Source of the DNA: Podarcis bocagei
Taxonomy: Eukaryota
Length of the DNA stretch: 64,000 nucleotides
Assembly: GCA_964188305.1 (NCBI GenBank)
Contig: OZ076901.1
Reading direction: 5' to 3' (one strand)
Shown: positions 22,046 to 35,112 of the stretch, piece by piece
Position numbering within the stretch: position 1 is the stretch's first letter
How the letters are laid out: every line of letters starts with the position of its first letter
Notes under the pieces: generated by a model
What the model saw: the letters and a program-made list of their open reading frames with translations, nothing else
Database searches by the model: none
Told to the model about the DNA's origin: nothing
Position numbers and translations under genes: made by a program

Positions 22046-25000
22046 ACATGAGTGGTACCATGTCTCAGGGCATGGTATGGGAAGATGATGCAGCCTTGAA
22101 GAAACTAATCATGTAAATGTCACAATGGAAGAAAGTCTTGATACAAATGTTCTAAATACTGTCATCGTCCCCTTAAAGCCTCTGAATCTGTATCCTGATT
22201 AGTTGAAGACACAGAATAGTCACCACCTTCCTCTCTCTTTGCTGAACAAAGAGTGTGGTTTCTCCAACAATTTGCTTTCTTTTTTTAAGGGCAGGTGGAT
22301 GAATGGACTTGATGTAAACAAATACCTAACAGTTCTTATGTCTCATGGAAGGGGCAGGGAAGCATTCTGAGGGTGGTTAGCTGCAGATTTCTTCATTTTG
22401 TACTGTAATGTTAACAGAAACATTTCAAAAAATAACCTTAGGTAAATCTCACCGAACAATCCCAATTCCTTGCAGAGAGCTTGTTCAGAATGCTATTCTT
22501 TCTGGAGGGGAAGTTAAACATTTTCAGTGAGACCAGACAAGTTTTGACCTGTCATTATCTGTCAGACTTTTGCACAAGGTCAAGCCAATATTTAAAATTC
22601 AAGACATGTATTATGCAGGGGAAAGGCTCCAGGATAACCTAAGGCTTCCAGCTTCTCCAGCCACCCACACAATCATCCCTATCCATCCATGCTTCTGCCT
22701 ACTTATAAGTAAACCCCACGGGTTCAATGGCATTTCCTCCCAGGTACAGCCAGATAAGATTGCAGCCTAGGTGTTTTCTTACTTCATCAGCCCTTTCCAA
22801 TGAAGTATCCCTCCTGGTTTGGAACAACACCTGCATCCAGGTGGGTTGCATTAGAAAAACTCAGCACGGTTTCTCCAGTGTGGAACTCTGCTCCCTATGC
22901 TGGGCACATATGCTTGATGGATGGCTCTAGTGTCCCTCTATTTGTGCAGCCAAAAAGAATTATACCCTCTATGTGATGAAGACCGACGTGTAAAGCAGAA
23001 AAGAGGTCCTGCTGTGAAGGCAAGATGTAGGTATACCGCAGGGTTTATACAAAAAGAAATAAGATAAAATAATAGCAACCCAATTTAAAGGGCTTCGCTC
23101 GAGCACAGGATCTCAGAAGGGATCTGGCTGGCCAATTCTAACTATGCAGCAAGAGAGGGCTACAATTCCCCCAACAATATTAGTTGCATAAAGAGGGAAT
23201 TTCAGCATGCGCTACTGGTCAGTTCACCATTACCCTTTTAAAATCCTCTGCTGGATCGGAGGTGGGAGGTGGAGGAGAAAGCTGCAACATTGCCCAAACC
23301 GTTTCCCTGCCAGCTTTTCAGTGGATCTCCCCACCTTCTGTCTGGCATGGGGAGAGTCTTGCTCATTAGAGGGAGAACTGCTGGGGAAGATTGATTCAGC
23401 AATGGCTGGAAAGGGGCGAGGGGACTCTTCTCACTGTCTCTCAGCCGCAATTCTTTGTTTGCCACATTTATATATTAGGAACGGTCAAATCTGTCTGTTT
23501 CACATCTGTGTCCCTTTTGAATCCACATCTTCACTCCTCATTCCATTTCATTTTGTTTCCACATTATTAATCAGTGAGGTTCTTTCTTAATCCTTTGAAA
23601 ATACACATTTAAATCTCTGTTTACGTGTGGGTTTTCTCTCAATATATGTAATTGACTGTGTAGACCTATGCATGTCTCCTGGGTGGTGCTTCCCATGGAG
23701 TTCAAATTACACTCCTGTTAATTACCCCTCCCTTCTCTCCACCCCCTGCATCCTCTTCCCCAAATATCTGGTCTGGAAATTTGAGGGACTATTCTGAACA
23801 ATTATTTGGGGGGCACTAGGGGCTTCATGGGGAGGGTGAATTGACAGAACTTGCCCCCTACTCCATTAGCAGACACCAGCATTCGGATATAGCCCTTAAT
23901 GCAGGAGTGGGGGACCTCAGGCTTGGGGGCTAAATTTGGCATCAAAACATCTCTATCTGGCCTCTGGTGCTCTCCCCAGATCATACATCTCAATGCCTTC
24001 CTCTGGGGCATTTGCCTGCCTGGCAATACTGCCTCCTGGAGAGATGTGTGGGTAGAAACCTCTGATTTTATGTGTCTGGAATGTAACATTTTGCACAAAG
24101 GAAAGAGTCTTGCCTGTTGCTTCTTCAGCTTTTGCTTCTAACCACACTCCCCCCGGCCCCTGGCAGGTTGTCCTGTTGGGCAACGTGGCCCACATCTGTA
24201 GCCATTCATCCCTTGGATGTAGCCTTTAATGTGTACCCCCATCCCACCACCATAATACACAGTTTAAATGTGTGCTTCGTCCCCATGTTCTTATTTTTAA
24301 ATGTGTATTTCCCTTCAAAGCATGCATTCAGACCGTGTATTTTGACATGCTGAAACTGCCAAGAGCTGTGTCACAACATTCAGAGAAGTGCAAAATCCGG
24401 TGGAAGGCTAAGCTCCGATCAGCATTTTAGTTTGAGAGTGTGGCTTAGGACTTTTTGTATGGAAATTCCTAAAGGTAGAATTCCTCAAGCATTCCTGCCT
24501 CATCCTTCCTACTACCGTTCTAGAGGCAGATTGCCAAGATGGGAGTGCAATACAGCAATAGGAGCTTTGCAAGAGCAGGTTCCTTATTTATCTACTTAAA
24601 CATGCACATCACACCTTTCTCTCTCTCTTTTTTGGAAAATAAACCCCTGTAACAGTGATTAAAAATATTTCCAAAAACGCTAATGGAAAAAAAAATTGCA
24701 ACTGTCTTTCCATCATTTTTAACACCAAGTGTTCAAAGCATATTAAAAAAATCTGCCATGAAATTCTGTTTGGAGAAGAATGTTTTCATCTGTGTGTACC
24801 AGTCCTCGTGTTGATTTATCAACAGATGCTCCAGCTGTCCTTATTTTCCAATGACAGTCCCATTTTTTCCCCTACCAGTCTCCAATAAATCTGAAGTATT
24901 ATTGTGGCCTGTTCTGGATGAAACATTTTAAGAAGGATGGAGATATTGGAGGCAGATCCATTAGGGCAAACGGGGCACTGCCCCGCAAACCCCAGTCTGC

Positions 25001-26058
25001 CCTCAGACAACCCCTACCTGCCTGCCTGTCTTCTTACTTAAAACAACTAATCCAAAAGGTGGTCCTGTCCATTAGCTTCCTTCTCTTTAGCCTTAGTGCT
25101 GCCTTGTAGGACTCAAGCTGGAAGAAGGATGGGAACAAAACAGGAAATAGCTGGCTCCACTTAGGCTGCAGCAACATGGCAGTTTATTCCATTTCCCCAA
25201 CATTTCCCTAACTGTCAATTTCTGCATTATATTTGAGCATTCAAGTGAAGTAAAAGCCACTTCCAGAAAACAAATGAACACAGGGCATATTTAGTACTCA
25301 TTTCCATGTTATTTGATTCCAAGGGGGTGGGACAATTTGCAGTCACCTTAACCTGGAAAATCACAGCAGTAAAGTGACAAAATTTGGGGTGGTATACTGG
25401 CATTCAGTTCTATTATCAATCAATCAATCAATCAATCAATTAAATGTGTATACATTTTTCTGCTGCCTTCATGGGAAAATCATTGGTGAATATATGTTCA
25501 GAAAGGGGTGGGGGAGTAGCAAGATTGGCCATTGACAATGAAGGAAATTTACATGCCAGTATATCAGTAAAAAGCCACAGTTCTGTAGCACGGCGGGTGC
25601 TGCAGTGTGAAAGGAATATTAGCAAGCAGGACAGAGACACCAACAGTATAATCTGGAAAACTAACACAGTATTCCCCACATCTGAATGAATCCTTATTAG
25701 TGCCTCTGGCTCCACCTACTATTGGACTTTCTGCCTTCCACCTCACCAGCTAACACTGGATGTAAACAACCCAAAGTGTGTTCAGAGGAGGTCAACTAGG
25801 ATCGCTGGGGTCATGAAATTAAGGACTATGCCGATGAGGAGCAGTCAAAACATCAAATCATGCTTAGATGACAAGAAATTAAGGAAAGGTGTAATAGCCG
25901 TCATCAAATATCTGAATAGTTGCCCTACAGAGTATGTTTTCTTTCCGTTGCTACAGAAGACAGGACTGGAACCAGGACAGGTTGGAAGCTGCAAGGAAGT
26001 CCATTTTGTCTATATATTAGGAAAAGCTTCTTAAAACCTTCCAGCTACATTACAATTA

Positions 26059-26414
26059 GGGACACGGGTGGCGCTGTGGGTTAAACCACAGAGCCTAGGA
26101 CTTGCCAATCAGAAGGTCGGCAGTTCGAATCCCCGTTACGTGGTGAGCTCCCATTGCTCGGTCCCTGCTCCTGCCCACCTAGCAGTTCGAAAGCACATCA
26201 AAGTGCAAGTAGATAAATAGGTACCACTCCGGCGGGAAGGTAAACGGCGTTTCCATGTGCTGCTCTGGTTCGCCAGAAGCGGCTTAGTCATGCTGGCCAC
26301 ATGACCCGGAAGCTGTATGCCGGCTCCCTCGGCCAATAAAGCGAGATGAGCGCTGCAAACCCAGAGTCGGCCACGACTGGACCTAATGGTCAGGGGTCCC
26401 TTTACCTTTACTTC
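26059..26414 (+). mobile_element. Sauria SINE, full length, with TSD
   Basis: Intact head with A/B boxes; CCTTTACCTTTA tail; TSD ACATTACAATTA at 26047-26058 and 26415-26426. Confidence 0.93.
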
Positions 26415-28488
26415 ACATTACAATTAGTTCTATCTTATCTAAACCCCAAATCTGCCTGAATATATCTAAAGAAAGTTATTTTGCCTGTGTCCTATCATGA
26501 TCTGTGCTCTATCATAGTGCCACTTTGTGGAATGAACATAAGAAGAATCTTGATGAACCAAGCCAATGGCCCATCTAATCCCAGCATCTTTTCACAGTGG
26601 CTAACCAAATGCCTTTGGGAACCCTGCAAGCAGGACCTGAGTTTAACAACACTCTCCCCACCATACTGGATGTAGTACACAACCATTGATAGCCTTTATC
26701 CTCCTTATCATTTTCTGTGTTTTGTGATCTATAAATAGCAGTTCTAGGGGAAGGGGTATGAGACGAAATACTGAGCATCCTTCCCCCCCCCACCCACCCA
26801 CCCCAGCCCCAGCATTTTAGCCATCATTAAATGAAAAAGGTGATGTCTAATTCTGACCCGTGATCCCTTCAGAGCAGAATATAGTCTTTTGATACCTGCT
26901 GTGCTAGCTGCTACCTTTAAGCTGCTTTTACAGGTGCTTTGGGAAGGGTTACCTGCTCATGAGGATGTTGCTTAAAAGGAAGGCATATGGGGACACAATT
27001 CATGTCATGTCAGGGGGTCCCTTTGAAGATTTCAGCAAGAAAAGTGCTGTGAGGAAGCAAACAGAGATGCGCTAGGAACAAATGTAGAGAATGGCAGGGG
27101 AGAAACATGTTCCTTTGGCACTGAACGGCAAATGCCTGTAGAACAGCAGAGAATGTCTGTGGAACGCTGTGTTTTCAAATTTTATGTAGTTTGGCATATA
27201 TGGTCTTCTCTGGAAAAATCCTCCCAATTTACTTTCTGCTTCAACAAGTAAAGGGGGGGAGTAGGGAAACATCCAAATGTTCCATGGGAAATAGATATAA
27301 TTTTTGAAATTTGCAGATCCACTGTACAACATAGCATCATAGGTATCTGTCTTATACTAAGGAAACCATCCATCCAGGTCAGTATTGTCTACACTGATTG
27401 GAAATGGTTGTCTGGGGTTTCAGGCAGAGGATCTGCCAGTAGGTTTTTACTTGTATATATTTCATAAAATTTGCACCCCACTTGATTGCAAAGCTGTTTA
27501 CAAAAAGTGGTTTATCCACCTGCAGAGTTGAGAGGCTCACTTCAAAAGTGTCTCGGTCCATAGAGACAAATGAGGCTGAGAAGATAGTCTAAAAAATGTA
27601 CTGGGTTGATGTTTGCCAGGTCCAGGACTTCTGGTGGCTCTTGTAAGAATTGCATAGAAAACAGGTGAGGCTTTTTCTATTCAAATGAGGCAGTGCTATG
27701 AAGAGTAGTACCTGGCAACCTTTTCTCTTACCACAGTGCTATCCTACGTGCTCTCACTTAGTTCAATGGAACTGAGTCTCTAGTAAGAATGTAGACCTAG
27801 TATGGAGAACCTTTGACTCTCCAAATGTTGCTGAACTACATCTTCCATCATCCTTGGTCATTGGCTGCACTTGCTGGGGCTGATGAGAGTTGTAGTTCAG
27901 TAGCATCTGGAGAGCCAAATGTTGCTCCTGTCCCTGGGGTAGAGAACTGCAGCTGCTGCTGAGTGAAATCACCCATTTTCATGATTCACAGACCACAACA
28001 TGCAGCTGATTTTTCTGAGAGGATAACTTGGTACGTTGGAGAGTCTCTACAACAAAAGTCACTACTGCAGCCTGGAGCTCATCATGGTGGTTGCAGTTGC
28101 AGTACATTGTGCCCACCTTCCCTGCCATTGTAATGTACTGTGCTTGATGCCGTGTGGTTTTTAATTGTATTTCTATTGTTTCTTTTGTTTTTTTTATATT
28201 GTATTTTATTGTAATGCAATTTGAATTTTACAGAATTCAAATTGCAACAGAACGAAATAATGCAAGAAGCAATAATGAAAATACAATTACAATCCATGTG
28301 AATTTTCAATTCAGTCATACTGCAGGCCTTTTTGCATTGAAGGGGGTTGGACTAAGTGATCCTTCCAAGTCTACAGTTCTGTTAAATTCATGGACCACTG
28401 GTGATCCATTGACTACAGTTAGAGAACGCCTGTTCTAGAAGGGAATAAGCAGGCCAGATTCTGCAAACTATTCTTAATCTTAAGGGAC

Positions 28489-28921
28489 TGTCAGGGAACT
28501 GCCATCAGAGCCAGAGGGAGAGGGAGGGCTCCAGAGGGATTCCGGAGAGCGTGCCAGGAGGGAGAGAAGCAGCACATCTTCTGGGGAAGGAAATCAGCGT
28601 AACACCAGTGGAGAAGGGGGGCAGATGGGGGAATCGGCGAGGTGGCTCCGAGACTCTTCGCCGGGAACCAGTGGGGAGAGCCCGGGTCCTCCGATGCCCA
28701 CACCCTCCGTGCACAGAAGGCTTCCGCGCAGGGAGGCTAGGAGGAGACTAAGCGTCAAAGAGCTTCTTTGCTGGAAGAAGTTCAAGAAACACCCACTAAC
28801 GGATTCTGCCAGCGATTGAGACAGTCACGGGCGCGTGGCTGTCCAGACAGAAAGGGTTCATACAGGCAACCAGCCAAGAGTGGTGTTGATTTACACACAA
28901 GCAACCCCTAGAACTAATACA
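28489..28921 (+). repeat. Gypsy 5' LTR, 433 bp (LTR-C)
   Basis: TGTCAGGG...CCCTAGAACTAATACA; end inferred from the 3' LTR remnant plus TSD (alternative end near 28942). Confidence 0.7.
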
Positions 28922-28974
28922 GGAATCCGTTAGTCCCTGATGTTGCTTGTGCGTAGCCCCAGAGAGGCAGCAAG

Positions 28975-30000
28975 ATGAGCCAAACAGGGGCAGCCGAAGA
29001 GACGGAGCAGCCAGCTGCAGTGCAGAGTCTGGTAGAGAGGAACCGAGACTTGCTGATGCATGTAGCTATCCTGACGGCGCGGCTGGAGGAAAGACGGGCT
29101 CAGGATGCACAGGTCAGAGCCACCCCCATCGCAAGGAAGGTACCGGGGCTGGTACACAAATTTGGGGGGAAGCCCCAAGGCTGCAATGCTTTCCAAACGG
29201 AAGTGCAGTATGCTTTGGAGCTGCAAAAAAATGACTTTGCTGGTAATGGGGAGAGGGTGGCGTACATCGTGGGGCATCTGTAGGATGAAGCGAGAGAATG
29301 GATCAGGCCCTTAATGGCGGCGCAAAATGATGCCTTGAAGGACCTTAATAAATTCCTTCAGGGAATGGACACGATGTTCTCCAGCGATGTGGGGCAAAGC
29401 GTGACACGGTGGGAACTGATGGGGTGCAAGCAGGGGAGCCAGTCCGTCAGAAGCTACTGGTCGCGTTTTGCAATGTTAGTACACCGGCTTGGGTGGGATC
29501 TGGACTCTGAACTGATATAAATGTTGTTTGAGGCGGGTCTTTCCCCCGAAGTGAAAGACGAGTTGTCCCGAGCGCCCCGCCCACGGTCGATGGATGAGCT
29601 CACAAAGGTGGTCCTCTCGATAGGTGTACGCCAAGAAGCGCGGGCTCTGGAGAAGCGGGAAATGAGAGGGGAACGTTTCCATGACTACCGTATTCCTGAG
29701 ATACCGAGGGAGCCTCCCCAGCCAGCAGAGCCAATGGAAATTGATGGCGCGCGCACGCACGAGGTTTCAAACTCCCATGAAGGTCGTAAAAGGGAGGGAA
29801 AGGACTGGAAAACTACCAAGAAGTGTTTCCTCTGTGAACGACCGGGACATTTTGCTAAGGTCTGCCCTCAAAGGAAAGCATGGCAAGGGATGGTGGGGGC
29901 TGCAGGCCACAACGACAAGGGGGAGGAAGAGCAGGCACAGGGAAATGACAACGCCTGGCTGCCAACCAGCAGGGGCTGCAGCCAGGCCAGCAACCAATAG
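28975..30000 (+). pseudogene. gag: gag with two in-frame stops (29281, 29518)
   Basis: Single frame MSQTGAAEE...KFGGKPQGCNAF...FEAGLSPEVKDEL...EPMEIDG...CFLCERPGHFAKVCP. Confidence 0.9.
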
Positions 30001-30012
30001 AAGTGCCCCAGC
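29940..30012 (+). promoter_or_regulatory. -1 ribosomal frameshift signal: slippery heptamer plus stem/pseudoknot
   Basis: G GGA AAT in gag phase, 6-nt spacer, perfect 10-bp stem 29953-29962/29978-29987; loop GGGGC can pair with GCCCC at 30005-30009; pol lies in the -1 frame. Confidence 0.8.
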
Positions 30013-31485
30013 CTGACCCCCCCAAGGCAGCTATAGCCATAGAAGTGGTGCTAGAACTCCCGAATGGGCACCCTGTCAAGGTTGAGGGACTGCTGGATTC
30101 GGGCAGCTTGTGTAATTTCTTCAGCAGAGATTTTGCTCTGGAGCACCAACTCCACCTGTTGCCTCTGGATTTTCCCTTGCAGGTGACAACCATCGATGGC
30201 AGGGAACTTCTGGGAGGGGAAGTGACACACCAGACCCCGCCAATGCGAATGAGGGTTTCCAGGCACACGAAGACCATTGCCTTTCACGTGGCCACACTGG
30301 CAGGACCCCCAATAATACTGGGAATGAGCTGGCTGGCACTGCATGATCCAGTAGTGTCATGGCATCAGTGGTCAGTCACCTTTGGGTCAGCTTACTGCTT
30401 TGAACACTCTGGGAGGGGAGAACTCGAGAATGACAGTAGCCAGGGTGGCTGGGCTGGCCGTGGAACAACAAGGGGAGGTGCCACCGCGATATGCTGATCT
30501 GAAGGAGGTCTTCAGCGAGAGGGAGGCAGATAGACTACCCCCCCCACAGGCCCTTTGACTGCCAAATCAACCTACTCCCAGGGGCTCAGCTTGCCGGTGG
30601 GTAAGCTGTACGCCATGTCAGTGGGGGCAGTCCCGTGTTCTTTGTAGACAAAAAGGGGACCAATCAGCCCAGGCTGATCGTAAATTATAGGGCCTTGAAC
30701 CTGGTGTCTGAACCCGTGACCTTCCCAATGCCAAGGATTGATGACATTTTAACCCAGGTGAGGCAGGGGAAGATTTTTACCAAGCTGGACCTCAGGGGGG
30801 CGTACAATTTAATTAGGGTAAGGGAGGGGGGCGAATGGAAAATGACCATGTTCACCCCCCTGGGGGCCTTTGAGTACTTAGTCATGCCATTTGGATTACA
30901 ATCGGGCTCCGCCTGTTTTCAAGCATTCATGCACCACGTGTTGGGGCCCCGCTGTACAAGAATTGCGTAGCCTTTTTGGATGACGTCTTAATCTACTCGA
31001 ACAATGAGAAGCAACACGTCAGAGACGTCAGGGAAGTGCTACAGAGACTGCAGAAGAATCAATTGTGGGTCAAGCTGGAAAAATGCCAATTTCACGTCAG
31101 GGAGGTCGAGTTTCTGGGATACAAGTTGTCAGACAAGGGCCTAGCTATGGACCCAGGCAAGGTGTAGGCAGTGCTGGAATGGAAAGCCCCCCAAACCCGG
31201 AAGGATGTGCAAAGGTTCTTAGGCTTCAGCAACTTCTACAGGAAGTTCATAAAGAACTTTGCTCACTTGACAGCGCCCATAACGGATTGTCTCAGTAGCA
31301 AAAAGAAATTCACGTGGACAGAAAGTGCCCGGCAATCCTTTGAAAGGCTGAAGAAGGTGTTCGTTTCAGAAGAGCAGCTCCTGCACGTTGATCTGGAGAA
31401 GCCCATGAGACTGGAGACGGACGCGTCCGACCGAGCTGTGGGGGCGGTCCTTTTGCAGCCCGGGGCTAAGCAGGACTGGAGGCTG
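29949..31485 (+). pseudogene. pol: pol (protease-RT-RNase H), frameshifted, internally deleted and truncated
   Basis: LLDSGSLCNF (PR); FFVDKK..PRLIVNYRALN, KLDLRGAYNLIRV, YLVMPFGL, FLDDVLIYS (RT); ETDASDRAVGAVLLQ (RNase H). Confidence 0.92.
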
Positions 31486-34400
31486 TCCCTAGAACTATTA
31501 CAGGGACAATTTCTCAAGAGCAGCTCCCAATATACATTTTGTTTGTAAAAAAATAAAATAAAACCCACACACGTACACAACAGGATAAATAAAAAAAAAA
31601 AAACACTGGAAGCGGCATCTGGCTACCCAAGCAACAGGTGATTAACCTGAGCTGAGAACAGAGGTGGGGTATTGTCTGTGAGATAGGCTTTCAGGAGTGA
31701 AGCATATTGCTTCATGCAGGCTACTTGAGGAATATATGAAAGCACTCAAAATCTCCTTGTTGCATAGCTGCATTCAACACGTTTCACTAATCCTTTATTA
31801 AAACGCTGTCGCTCTTCTAATTCTCCTTCAGGTCTGAAACTTTGCCATGGGAAATGTCATCTTTGGAGATGCGGCAGGAAGGAAAGAAAAGCAGAACTTT
31901 TTAAAATCTCATCCCCCCCCCCCTTGTTGTTGAAGTTAGAAAGTCCTTCTTGCATCTATGCTTTGTGGGATAAAAGAAGAAGAGGAAGAACGAGGTGCAC
32001 CGGCTTTTAAATTGCATGCTTGGCTCTTGGCTGTACATTTTTACTTTTTAGTAATCTCAGCTGTCATATGTTCACCGTGAATCTGTAATTGGGGGCTGGA
32101 ACAGATGGCAAAAGCTTAAAATGACATATACTGGCAGCGCTACCTTGACAGAGTGCAGCAAGAATATACTGGGAAGGAGTCAGGGTATATGAGAGAGAGC
32201 AATATTCATGGCAGGGGATTCAGTTACATTATGGAATCCAAGAATGAGGAAGAAGCTATTCCCGCCATCTGTTTTAACCTCTTCCCTTGTAATAGGGGGA
32301 TCCAGGGCCCGCCCACCCAGTTTACAGACTACAGCAGAGCGGCAAATGCCTTAACCTTTCTGCCCATGCCCATTCATTGGGACTAGTTATGTCACATTCT
32401 CCTGATGCCCTCTTGGCATTGCCTCACCTGCATTGTGAAACTCCCTCCCATTTAATATTAGGCAAGTATGTATGCTGCCATCCTTCAGGTGCTTGCTCAA
32501 GCCCTTTCTGTTCACTCAGGTTTTCCAGCATGGTGTAATGGTTAGAGTGTGAGACTAAGGCCTAGGAGATGAGGGTTCTAGTCCCCACTTGACCATGATG
32601 CTAACTGTGTGACCTTGGGCCAGTCACAGTCTCTGAGCCTAACCTACCTCACAGGGCTGTTGCGAGGATATATTAATGTTAATATTTCCGTCCCGGATTC
32701 TCGACCATCTGAAAGAACATGCGGCTTTCAGATGATTAGTCGCTGTTCCACCAAAACATTTAAAACAAGTGTTAGCAACCTTTGGATAACTGAAGTTACT
32801 GAAGTACAACTCCCATCATCCATGGCCATTGACATTGCTTGCTAGGGCTGATGGGAACTGTAATTCAACAACATAATGGAATGCTAATGGTTCCCCAAAT
32901 ATGGTTTAAAGGGAGGAGCCATAACTCAGTGGAACAATACACATTTTGAATGCAGAAGGCCTGTCTCCTAGGTTCAATTCCTGGCAGACCCATGCGGAGC
33001 TCAGAAGAGCTTTTGTCTGACTTCCCTGACCTCTGCTGCCACTCACAGCAGAGAATACATAGTCTGTATAAGACCTTTATAATTTTCTGAGGAATTATTT
33101 CTAGACTTTGCTGAAAAACCTCCAGAGAAGGTGATTCCTTTTGGTAGACGTGAGAAAGGACCACAGTTCAGTGGTACAACACATGCTTTGAATGCTGAAG
33201 GTCCCATGTTCAACACTCAACATTTCACATTAAAAGGAAAGATCTATCCCTGAGAACCCAGAAATCCTCTGCCAGTCTGAGCAAACAGCACTGGCCTAGA
33301 TGAACGAATAATCTGAGCTGGAATAAAGCAGATCCTTGAATTGGACTTCTTTCCAACTTATAACCTATAACTCTCTTCCAAGCATGCAATTCCATTTCTT
33401 CTTGCCCTGTCATTTGTGTTTAATGTGCAGCTAGCAAAGTCAATTCACAGGAGCTCATGCATTCTCAAAGCACCATCCAGCTTGTTAGTAGCTATTCTTG
33501 ATGTCCACTTTGTGTCACTGCTGTAGATATATAAGACATATCCCACACTTGTTTGCATCTACATTCTGGATTAAATCGAAAGCTCCATCTGCCTTGGCTT
33601 GCTGCACACCAGCCTTGTCTAATGATCAGTTCAGCAAAGTCCAAATGCCACAGCCGGGCAAGCAGCAGTCTGGTATCTGGATGGCTGAGTTGGCTGCAAG
33701 AAGAAAGCAGGTTATTGTTGTTGTTGAGGACACATATATTCTCCAGCATAGCACCAAAGAAATGTTAATCCTAAATTAACATAAGGGATTATAGATAGAA
33801 GGAAGGGGGAGTAAGATTCTGCTCAAAAAACGTCCGAAGTCAGCAATTGGGCCAGAGTTTGAAGCTGGAACAAATAGGACAAATCAGGGCCAAGGTAGAC
33901 CATGTGTTAGATGTGTGATGATCTCATTTCACATACTTGTCTGGGGGTTAAAAAAAAACCCCACACACAGCAGGAATGGGGCTCTCTAATCATATTGAGA
34001 ATCACTGTGTCCAAAGTGGAGGCCTTAACCCAGGATAGAGAGCCCCATGCCTTGCTGGTCCTCTCCATCTGATTCTCAGAACTCTCCCCAGACCATACCT
34101 CTCACTGGACCTCCCAAAGTGCTTTTGCCTGCCTCGGATGAGTTCTTGAACTACAATCATGCCTCTTGCTTTGCTGGATGGGGAGCTATGTGGAGGTAGA
34201 AACTTATGACTTTGGCCTGTCTGGAACTTAGCCTGCTATACAGAGATGAAAGTCACAGATGTGACCCTCATCTCTGTTGCTCCACCTACTTTTTGCTTCT
34301 GGTCCTGCCCACTGCTGGCATGCAGTTCCCGGAAGGTTGTCCACAGTGAAATGCAACAATCATGTTGAAAACAAGGTCTCCTGGGTTAACCATTCCCCTT

Positions 34401-34887
34401 GCACCACAGCATCGACAAAGGGCAGCTTCTCTCCCAAAGGAATAGCAAGAAGGCAACTTTTCATGGGGACATCTATCCCATGTGTTGTGGTCCAGATCTG
34501 ATCACTACATCTACTTTTTTACTGTTTAATTTTTTAAAAAAAGAAAATATTAAATGTGATCATGCATTTTATCTATTGCCTACTTAGGTCCTGAGATGCA
34601 TTTATTTCCTCTTGTGTAAGCCTGCATAATTTCTGAACCCCCTAGTAAAAGTCAGCCCATCAATCATTAGGGATGGGTGAGTGGATGAATGAATCACTCT
34701 GTTTCTAGACTCCGTCAGTTTTGCATCTCTTCATTCATAAGACCATTCTATCCAATTTCTGCATTAATCTGTGTATTAAAAATAATCTACATGAAACTTC
34801 ATGTAGACATAAATATTTTGAAAATATTTTCCCCTCAATGTGCATGATTTTAAGCATACTTTGTCCCCAAATAGGCATTTCTATATA

Positions 34888-35112
34888 CAGTCATACCTTA
34901 GAAGTCAAACGGAATCTGTTCCAGAAGTCCATTCGACTTCCAAAGCATTTGAAGACTAAAGCGCAGCTTCTGATTGGCTGCAGGAAGTTCCTGCAGCCAA
35001 TCAGAAGCTGTGGAAGCCCTGTCAGATGTTCAGCTTCCAAAAGAACTTCCATAAACTGGAACAGTCACTTCCAGGTTTTGATCATTTGAGAGCCAAAACC
35101 AAGGTACGACTG
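34888..35112. mobile_element. Tc1/mariner-superfamily MITE
   Basis: TA|CAGTCATACCTT ... AAGGTACGACTG|TA; central palindrome GATTGGCTGCAGGAAGTTCCTGCAGCCAATC. Confidence 0.8.

Larger units (their letters stand above)
28489..31502 (+). mobile_element. Ty3/Gypsy LTR retrotransposon, Tf1/sushi (PEG10/RTL-related) type; integrase and most of the 3' LTR deleted
   Basis: 5' LTR, gag with EPMEID and CCHC, -1 frameshift site, PR-RT-RNaseH; LTR tip CCCTAGAACTATTACA at 31487-31502; TSD GGGAC at 28484-28488 and 31503-31507. Confidence 0.92.

Noticed and set aside
28922-28942. Alternative LTR-C end at TCCCTGATG, forming a longer terminal IR with TGTCAGGGA
   Set aside because: It lacks the terminal CA and gives no TSD, whereas ending at 28921/31502 gives CA plus a perfect GGGAC. 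Disfavoured, not excluded.
28975-31485. Domesticated PEG10/RTL-like host gene
   Set aside because: Multiple stops and frameshifts, an LTR and a TSD indicate a dead provirus.
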